DNA of 37,344 nt from an uncultured Gammaproteobacteria bacterium (GTDB lineage Bacteria; Patescibacteriota; Microgenomatia; UBA8517): NCBI GenBank assembly GCA_964396785.1, contig CAYNFU010000004.1, positions 1 through 37,344 on the forward strand. The letters run 5' to 3'. Within the stretch, counting starts at the first letter, position 1; each line of letters opens with the position of its first letter. Shown one piece after another: positions 9,301 to 15,871 of this stretch. The notes beneath the pieces were generated by a model. That model did not search any database. It was not told the DNA's origin and saw only the letters and a program-made list of their open reading frames with translations. Made by a program: the position numbers and the translations under genes.

Positions 9301-10044
9301 ATGTGCGCTGAAACGATTCATCAAGATACTGAGTTCCAAAGAAGAAGGAGAGCGTATTTTCAAGACTTTATGATACGCCACCGTCCTCAAGCTCGCATTT
9401 ACAAGGAAAAGGGACTCTTAAACGAAGAAGGTTCGAAAGGATGGAGAAATGTGGCGAGACACCAACTTTTATCGGCAGTGATGACAGAAACAGTGTTGGA
9501 ACTTTTAGGAATGCCAAGAGATGAGAGCGAGCGGCTAATCAATCTGTCTCTTACCCACGACGTTGACAAGCGAAGACAGCAGGAAAGCTTGTCTAGAGAA
9601 GGGGTGATTAGCGATGAACTCAATAAGAGCCAGCGGCCTCTTGTTGCTACAAGCACAAATTTTATAGGTTTTAGCGACTGGGAACTTCCGGAATTTATTC
9701 TCCGCTATGTTGACTCAAGTATTGGTGAAAATCCTAAACAAAGTAGTGCTGGTCACTGGTATGGCGTCCGCGATCCGAAGAGCTTACCCGAAGTTGTAAT
9801 TTTGCCGTGGAGGCAGAGAGTCCAAATGTTTAAAGCAAATAAAGCAGACGAAGGAGAAAAAGGAATGCCCTTATATGGAATGACAACTTGGGATAAATTA
9901 GAGCAGATAATGGTAACTATAGAAAGCGATTTGTTCAGAAGGATAATAGAGAAAAATCCCAATTTAGCTAAAAAATATACCACCCCATCCCAGTTGACTG
10001 GGTTAATCGAAGACAGAATCCACGAGAAGATTCTAAACTCATGA
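9301..10044 (+). CDS. HD-domain-like phosphohydrolase of unknown substrate
   Basis: H...HD...D pattern: ARHQ, LSLTHDVDK, LRYVDS. Stop overlaps the gmhB start. Confidence 0.6.
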   Translation: MCAETIHQDTEFQRRRRAYFQDFMIRHRPQARIYKEKGLLNEEGSKGWRNVARHQLLSAVMTETVLELLGMPRDESERLINLSLTHDVDKRRQQESLSREGVISDELNKSQRPLVATSTNFIGFSDWELPEFILRYVDSSIGENPKQSSAGHWYGVRDPKSLPEVVILPWRQRVQMFKANKADEGEKGMPLYGMTTWDKLEQIMVTIESDLFRRIIEKNPNLAKKYTTPSQLTGLIEDRIHEKILNS

Positions 10045-10631
10045 AAGAGGCATTATTTCTCGACCGTGACGGAGTTATAAACAGGATGGTTAAATATAAC
10101 TACGGCTGGGATTCACCGCAAAATCCCCAAGACGTAGCCCTTGTAAATGATATAGAAAAAGTTATTTCCTGGGCAAACAAAAAGGGGATTACTCTAATTG
10201 AAGTTTCAAATCAGCCGGGTGTTGCCAAAGGCAAAATGGATCAAAAGACCTCTGACGCTATTGAAAAAAGGGTTCACCAGCTCTTAGGGGATAGAGGGGC
10301 TTTTGTCGATAAGGTCTACATTTGCCCGCACCATCCTGAGGCTGTAGTTGCTCAGCTTAAGGCAGTATGTGACTGCAGAAAGCCAAAGCCGGGCTTGCTG
10401 ATTAAAGCGGCCGAAGAGTTAAAAATCGATCTGGGAAAAAGTGTTTTTCTTGGCGATAAAGCCAGTGATGTCCAAGCCGGAAGGGGAGCGGGGTGCAAAA
10501 CCATTATTTTCATTCACGCCGAGGATGCGGGCGATAAAGTGGAAGAAGCCAAGAGGGCAAAAGCCGATTACAGATTGTTTGAAATTAGAAAAGCCATCCC
10601 GATTGTAGAAAAAATGCTTAAATCAGCGTAA
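10041..10631 (+). CDS. gmhB: D,D-heptose 1,7-bisphosphate phosphatase (HAD-IIIA)
   Basis: FLDRDGVIN, SNQPGVAKG, CPHHP...CDCRKPKPG, GDKASD. Confidence 0.92.
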   Translation: MKEALFLDRDGVINRMVKYNYGWDSPQNPQDVALVNDIEKVISWANKKGITLIEVSNQPGVAKGKMDQKTSDAIEKRVHQLLGDRGAFVDKVYICPHHPEAVVAQLKAVCDCRKPKPGLLIKAAEELKIDLGKSVFLGDKASDVQAGRGAGCKTIIFIHAEDAGDKVEEAKRAKADYRLFEIRKAIPIVEKMLKSA

Positions 10632-11418
10632 TCTTACCCTTTACGCTACGGTAGGCTTGATTGAATTCTTCGACGGTTTCTACTCCTCTTTGGGTAAACA
10701 TCCACTCGCTAAGTAAATTTGGCGGAATGGTAACAATATCCGCTCCCGCCGTGAATGCTTTCTCGATCTGGTCGATATTTCTGATACTGCCGACAATAAT
10801 GCGTGTCGGCAGATTATGAGTAATAAGATAGTTCAATGTCATAATTATGCTTTGAGCCGCATCTGGAACTTTTTCCAATGCTTCTTTCCTTTTCATACCG
10901 CCCCTTACCAGCCCTTTTACTATTTGCTGCTTGGCCTCGTCGCGCCTTGCCCAAAACAAACTGACGTAATTATCACCATCTGCGCGACTTAGGCGAAGGG
11001 CCTCGGCAGCCCCAACCAATTGTCCCACGCCAAGCCCCAAGGTGGCATTTACTCTGATTCCTTCTCGGCCTAATTTGTAGATAACTTCAAAAGCCTTCTC
11101 GGGATTCCTCGGGTCCATGGGAATTTTGATAACAGCGTTTCCCGGGAATCTTTTGGTGTATTTCCTTGCCAGATTCAACATTTCGTTCTGGGTCATGTCG
11201 GAGTCGGGGATCTCAATTGAAATTGGAAACTTCTTGCCGACTATTTTTACCATATTTGAAATATGCTCGGGTATATTCAGAATGCCTTCCTTTTGTAGAA
11301 TTAAGGGGTTGGTTGTAGCGCCTCCCAGAATATGGGCATCAAACCACTTCTTTAGGCCTACAAGGTTAGCAGAGTCATAAAAAATGCCGGAGGAGTTAAG
11401 CGGTTTTCTTTCTGCCAT
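10618..11418 (-). CDS. tal: Transaldolase (short FSA/TalC-like class)
   Basis: FYDSAN, GATTNP, ISIEI (Glu), VIKIP (Schiff-base Lys), VNATL, YVSLFWAR (Phe), GSIR, GADIVTIPP. The Glu+Phe pair favours transaldolase over F6P aldolase. Start taken as MAERK at 11418. Confidence 0.85.
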   Translation of the reverse strand: MAERKPLNSSGIFYDSANLVGLKKWFDAHILGGATTNPLILQKEGILNIPEHISNMVKIVGKKFPISIEIPDSDMTQNEMLNLARKYTKRFPGNAVIKIPMDPRNPEKAFEVIYKLGREGIRVNATLGLGVGQLVGAAEALRLSRADGDNYVSLFWARRDEAKQQIVKGLVRGGMKRKEALEKVPDAAQSIIMTLNYLITHNLPTRIIVGSIRNIDQIEKAFTAGADIVTIPPNLLSEWMFTQRGVETVEEFNQAYRSVKGKITLI

Positions 11419-12037
11419 TAATGTTTTTAATCCTTTCTTTAAGATCAAAAATTATCGGGTGATGCAGGGCTACATGCATAGCCTCTATTACTGGGGTTCC
11501 ATATGGTTCAGTGTTTACCCCAATTACAACCGAAATATCTGCCATCGTTGCCATTGCGCCTCCATCAAAGCCAGAAAAACCGATGATTTTAGCTTTTCTT
11601 TCCTTTGCGAGCTTCATAGCAGCAACCAAATTTTGAGACCAAGGCCCTGCCTCGTCTCCCTGCTTAGATCCTCCGTGTACTGAAAATCCTACCAATACAT
11701 CGTCCTTTGTAATCCATTGTTCAAGCTGGCCCGCGAATACAGATCCCCAGCCTTTATCATTAACCCAAGCACTGACAAGAGGGATGTTATCTACCAGAGA
11801 AATTGCTTTAAATCCGGGCTTACCGTCAACCATTGTCGTTTTGGCCAAGTCTGCAGCAAAGTGCGTCGCGGTTGATGCGGACCCGCCGCAGCCCATTGTA
11901 AACACAGTTCCTCCTCTTTTATAACATTCAAAAAGTGTTTCTACTACTTTCTCGTATTGGGAAGAGTCTACAAAATCAAGGGAGCACTTTGCAATTAAAC
12001 CGAAATACTTACCAGGGGAGAACACCTCGTCTTTCAT
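11396..12037 (-). CDS. gmhA: Phosphoheptose isomerase (SIS domain)
   Basis: GCGGSASTATHFAADL, AWVND, FAGQL, SVHGGS, SGFDGG, IEAMHVALHH. ATG 12037 lies 7 nt after an extended -10 (TGTTATTAT). Confidence 0.88.
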   Translation of the reverse strand: MKDEVFSPGKYFGLIAKCSLDFVDSSQYEKVVETLFECYKRGGTVFTMGCGGSASTATHFAADLAKTTMVDGKPGFKAISLVDNIPLVSAWVNDKGWGSVFAGQLEQWITKDDVLVGFSVHGGSKQGDEAGPWSQNLVAAMKLAKERKAKIIGFSGFDGGAMATMADISVVIGVNTEPYGTPVIEAMHVALHHPIIFDLKERIKNINGRKKTA

Positions 12038-12072
12038 GGGCACCATAATAACACAATACTCAAGTTTCTTGT

Positions 12073-12498
12073 CTAGGACACATTATTGGAAACAACCAGT
12101 GTCGGCTCTTCGGTCACGATTAAGTCGTTAGTTGGGGCTATCATCATGATTGTTTTATGTACTTTAGTTCCAACCCTCTTTTCGTAACCGAAGCAATAGT
12201 AGCGGATGCGCTCCTCTTCCTCGGTTCCTGCATTAAGAACTTTATTGCGGTAAAAATGGATAAGCTTCATATTGGGGTCAGAAAACAAAAGGGTATAAGT
12301 TTGGGGGTTAAAAGGAGATACCATTTTAAAGAGAGCCAGCCTGTTCTGGTCGATTTCGGCAAATTGGTGGAAGACGCCGTCGTCCCCGAATTGTTTTAAT
12401 ACACCCCCGTCCTCGTAAGTTACTTCCCACTGCCAAACTTCGGGGGGAGCACTAATCCATTTTTTTAAGTCTTTGCGAAAGAATTTGTGCTTAAGCAT
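12073..12498 (-). CDS. Hypothetical beta-rich protein (phage-like)
   Basis: 141-aa ORF in a compact 3-gene unit; WEVTYEDGGVLKQF...LIHFYRN...YCFGYE. Confidence 0.7.
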   Translation of the reverse strand: MLKHKFFRKDLKKWISAPPEVWQWEVTYEDGGVLKQFGDDGVFHQFAEIDQNRLALFKMVSPFNPQTYTLLFSDPNMKLIHFYRNKVLNAGTEEEERIRYYCFGYEKRVGTKVHKTIMMIAPTNDLIVTEEPTLVVSNNVS

Positions 12499-12508
12499 TG
12501 TATCGCTA

Positions 12509-12748
12509 TTAAATAGTCTTGTGCTGCCTTTTGGTTTGTCGTGCCGCTCGAATAGCTGTTAAGATGTCACTTTCGGACAGCTTGGTTATCTTTTTTTCGA
12601 CAGCAACTCCTTGCGGGGAAGCCTGAGTTTCAACGCTGAAATGTTCAGCTTGTTTGGGAGAGTGTCCGGTGGCGGGACAGCGATGGGTTAGGTAAGCCGA
12701 CTGACTTTTGAATGTTTTTGAGCATTGACCACAAAGATGTTTAACCAT
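12509..12748 (-). CDS. Small zinc-finger protein (C2H2/C2HC-like)
   Basis: CGQCSKTFKSQSAYLTHRC = C-x2-C-x12-H-x-C; 3-nt and 10-nt gaps to its neighbours. Confidence 0.7.
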   Translation of the reverse strand: MVKHLCGQCSKTFKSQSAYLTHRCPATGHSPKQAEHFSVETQASPQGVAVEKKITKLSESDILTAIRAARQTKRQHKTI

Positions 12749-12751
12749 ATT

Positions 12752-13261
12752 TTAGGCAGTCTCGTCGAATTGATAATTCATAACGGTGGTGCTTCCCGCC
12801 AAAGCGGCCTCGGTGGTTTGAATCTGGTGCACCAGAAAGTCGGAATAGCCGCTTTTGGTTAGGCTGCCAGTTAGGCTACCGCCTATTCCCAAATTGGCAG
12901 ACCCGGGGGCGGTTGTGGGCATGCTGAAAACGGCGGCGGTTGATGTGGAGTCTGTCGGAGTGCGGTACTTGGTCTCTCCGCCATATGAAGAACTTGTTGC
13001 ATTGGTTAGGTGTATGGCATTGGCTCCCAGGCTCCCGGAGCGCCATACCCGGATATTATTTATCATACTTGAAGTACCCATATCTATAACATGGATAAGC
13101 TGCCATTTTTCAAAGGAATTCTTTCCTGGGGCTATAGGGTTAGCAATTGGATTTAAATTGGAGGCGTCTACGCTTCCCATGTTGGAATTGGAAACGTTAT
13201 GGGTTAAGGCAGGAGAACTTGATTTTCCGTTTTCTTCGTCAACTTCGACTGTAGAAGCCAT
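12752..13261 (-). CDS. Hypothetical Ser/Thr/Gly-rich protein resembling phage virion-module proteins
   Basis: 169 aa, no signal peptide, ends YQFDETA; extended -10 (TGCTATTAT) 9 nt upstream. Confidence 0.7.
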   Translation of the reverse strand: MASTVEVDEENGKSSSPALTHNVSNSNMGSVDASNLNPIANPIAPGKNSFEKWQLIHVIDMGTSSMINNIRVWRSGSLGANAIHLTNATSSSYGGETKYRTPTDSTSTAAVFSMPTTAPGSANLGIGGSLTGSLTKSGYSDFLVHQIQTTEAALAGSTTVMNYQFDETA

Positions 13262-13305
13262 TCTTTATGTATAATAGCAGTATTCTAGGAAGCCGTAAAC
13301 TGATC

Positions 13306-14121
13306 TCAAAAAACACCGTCAAAGTAATTGTATTTCAGCTTGGCTCGGTTTGACCAGTTTATTGTGAAGTTACTGTCCCCTTTGGTGTAAAGAAAAGCCT
13401 CATCTTCGCCTTCCCTCATAATAAACCACCCCCCATCCTTGTTGACAAAGCCAAAGTAAGAGGGTATCGAATCATCTATTTGGGAAATATTGTAGCCCTC
13501 AGTGGGGGAGCTTTCAGCTGGATTGATAATGTTTCCTGAAGTATTTTTAAGGGTTACTGATTCAAGACTATCTACATTACCCAAAAAAGAAGGGATAGTC
13601 GATCTTTTGCTAAATATTCCAAGAATAACTGCCAAGATTCCTGCGGAGCCTATTAGTTTGAGGAAATTTCTGCGGTCAACGTCTAGTTTACCTGTCGGCG
13701 CTAGCAAGGATTTAGATTCAGACTGTTTGTATGCGGTTCTTCCGCCTTTGGATAGAAGTAAAGCTTCTTTACGACGTGGCCAGACCAAAAGTAGAAAGTA
13801 AAAGGCCATGGGAGAGAAAATCAGGGAACTCACAAATTGGGGAATATTTAAGGAAGAAAAAAAGCTAAGGCTGACAACGGTTGTGGTAACAATGAAACAA
13901 TAATAGACAATTACCCGCCGGAAGCCGGTTTTCTGATCAAAAACAGGGGTCTTGTGTAAAATATGCTCCACCAAAACGTAGATCAAATAGGCCGTAACCG
14001 GGAGAAAGAGTGTTTGTAATATTCTCGCGGCTAAATCAATTTTGGCAACTAGTCCCGTAATCGACACAAACAAAGAAAGTAAGATGACCAAAATTAAGAA
14101 TAAGGATCTGAAAGTTTTCAT
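13306..14121 (-). CDS. Membrane protein: 4 TM, internal twin-arginine-like segment, aromatic C-terminal domain
   Basis: Four hydrophobic helices, then DVDRRNFLKLIGSAGILAVILGIF, then YFGFVNKDGGWFIMRE...WSNRAKLKY. ATG at 14121. Confidence 0.75.
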   Translation of the reverse strand: MKTFRSLFLILVILLSLFVSITGLVAKIDLAARILQTLFLPVTAYLIYVLVEHILHKTPVFDQKTGFRRVIVYYCFIVTTTVVSLSFFSSLNIPQFVSSLIFSPMAFYFLLLVWPRRKEALLLSKGGRTAYKQSESKSLLAPTGKLDVDRRNFLKLIGSAGILAVILGIFSKRSTIPSFLGNVDSLESVTLKNTSGNIINPAESSPTEGYNISQIDDSIPSYFGFVNKDGGWFIMREGEDEAFLYTKGDSNFTINWSNRAKLKYNYFDGVF

Positions 14122-14202
14122 ATAAGAACAGGAAAAAAGCCTCAAAAACTGATTACTTCAGTTTACCATATGCTAGAAATGTTTTTGCAAATCAAAAAAA
14201 AG

Positions 14203-14231
14203 TTGCAAACCCCGCAAAGTGGAGATATTAT
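14203..14231 (+). promoter_or_regulatory. Sigma70-type promoter with very short leader
   Basis: TTGCAA(14203-14208), 17 bp, TATTAT(14226-14231); ATG at 14240. Confidence 0.55.
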
Positions 14232-14239
14232 TCAAGTTG

Positions 14240-14629
14240 ATGTACGAACATATTCTTTTTCTTCTTTACTGGCTTTTGAATTCTCTGGCGCTGTATCTTT
14301 TAGGATTAATCTTTCCCTCCTCAGTTGTTTTGGGGAATTTCCGCCTCCTTCCCTTCGAAGCCGCTATTTACGCTGGTTTCTGGCTCACGTTTTTTGTTTG
14401 GACGATGTGGAATTTTGTGTCAACCCGTAAAGTAACACTTGAGCCGTTTTTATTAAGATTCCTTTTTTTCTTTTTTGTGAACGGTCTTGGGATTTGGATA
14501 ATTTCCCGATATGCGAAGTATACGGGATTGGGGATAGCAAGTTATTGGTGGGCACTGCTTTTGGGGGGAGTTACGGATTTACTCCAAAGTGCTGTTTGGA
14601 ATCTTTTTGGAAAGAAGCTTAAGGGTTAA
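14240..14629 (+). CDS. Small 4-TM membrane protein (distantly YvlD/phage-holin-4-like)
   Basis: Four hydrophobic segments; LLNSLALYLLGLIFP and FFVNGLGIWI...GLGIASYWWALL pattern. Confidence 0.6.
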   Translation: MYEHILFLLYWLLNSLALYLLGLIFPSSVVLGNFRLLPFEAAIYAGFWLTFFVWTMWNFVSTRKVTLEPFLLRFLFFFFVNGLGIWIISRYAKYTGLGIASYWWALLLGGVTDLLQSAVWNLFGKKLKG

Positions 14630-15275
14630 CTTCCGTAAACCATCTGGCTTCGACCCAGCCTTGGGTAATTTTATACCAATCACCGCTTTTCTCATAAAAA
14701 GGATAGACAACGCCATATTCAGCCGATCCAACCGATTTACTTTCTGGGTTGTTCGTTTCATAGATTGCGATTCTCGTTAGGTTCGCATCTTTCGCAGTGA
14801 TTTGACCAATAGCTGCTTCCGGAAGAGCCGGATTTTCAGATGGCGTTGTGACGCCAATCACATTCAAATCTCGGTTTCCCAGACTGTCAATCTTTATTCT
14901 TAAAATGCTAATTTCATTTTCAAGATAACTTCTAAATTCCTTCTCATCTGCATTTGACTGGTTAAGACTTTGCTTGATTTCACCCAGGCTCGTATTAGAG
15001 ATAGGGGTGCTTGGGAAGTATCTGGTAGAGAGGAAATAGGAAAAAATTCCAAGAAGGGATAGCATAAAAACAACAATTACCAATCTTTGGGACCATTTAG
15101 GGGTAGGCAGAGAGCCGGGGTTAGCGGCATAAATCCAGAAAAGAAAAACAACAGGAATAAGTAAAATAGTATTGGCTATATTTTGGGGTTTTGGGAGAAA
15201 AAAATAGGAAACTGGAAGAAGGACGGTTGTTGCTATTAGACTGTAGTAGAAAAGAAATAATTTAAAAAGCTTCAT
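14619..15275 (-). CDS. 3-TM membrane protein with short coiled coil and C-terminal bacterial SH3-like domain
   Basis: Hydrophobic N-terminal third; C-terminus IAIYETNNPESKSVGSAEYGVVYPFYEKSGDWYKITQGWVEARW matches the SH3b pattern. Confidence 0.72.
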   Translation of the reverse strand: MKLFKLFLFYYSLIATTVLLPVSYFFLPKPQNIANTILLIPVVFLFWIYAANPGSLPTPKWSQRLVIVVFMLSLLGIFSYFLSTRYFPSTPISNTSLGEIKQSLNQSNADEKEFRSYLENEISILRIKIDSLGNRDLNVIGVTTPSENPALPEAAIGQITAKDANLTRIAIYETNNPESKSVGSAEYGVVYPFYEKSGDWYKITQGWVEARWFTEVNP

Positions 15276-15304
15276 ACGAAATAAGTTTACATACGCAACT
15301 AACG

Positions 15305-15538
15305 ATATACAACTGGGTTTGCGTCATTTTCCAGGGTGAATCTCTGGTCTCAACCCATAATATACAAGTCCATATCCTATAGATATTACTTAATTGATAT
15401 TAGCCTCGACTTTACAACATTATACAACTATGTACTAGGTGGGTAAATAATCCAATGACGTCCTCTTTGCTCTTAAGAGCGGAGTTTCCCCTTAAAGAGG
15501 ATAGGCATCTTAGTATAACTTGGCATTGGTTGTATATT
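15305..15538. repeat. Dispersed TATACAA(C) motif copies in a long intergenic region
   Basis: TATACAA at 15306, 15361, 15421; TTTACAA at 15411; inverted TTGTATA at 15530. Confidence 0.45.
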
Positions 15539-15871
15539 GCCAGCTTTAGATTCAGCTCCGACATTTGCTGGGGCTTTCCCGAAAGTTGTTGGGAGCGAAT
15601 TATGCTAATTAAAAAAGATATGGAGTAACAGTTGGCTTAGTATTTTTCCCCACCCACTTTTTTCTGCTTGTCATAATCAATATGTATAGCTCTGATACAA
15701 AATATAACCTTTCGATGCAAACAAGATCAGGACTCGCTTATTATTAAAAAAAGGGTTTAATGTAAGCGAAAGTGGAAGGAATACCAGGCGACTTTGAAAC
15801 TACCGGAGTGTAGAAGAAGTATCATAATTTGGATATCGAAGATTAACATTTTTTGTGCATATACTATTTAT

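Noticed and set aside
12073-14629. Intact prophage
   Set aside because: No integrase, terminase, portal, capsid or att-like repeats are visible.
15794-15871. TTG-initiated extension of the 758-aa ORF
   Set aside because: It would bury the signal peptide; ATG 15872 has a -10 box just upstream.
15276-15871. Replication origin, CRISPR array, tRNA or SRP RNA in the long intergenic region
   Set aside because: No TTATCCACA boxes, no regularly spaced 25-40-bp repeats, no cloverleaf. TCAGG...GGAAGGAA does not complete the SRP motif.
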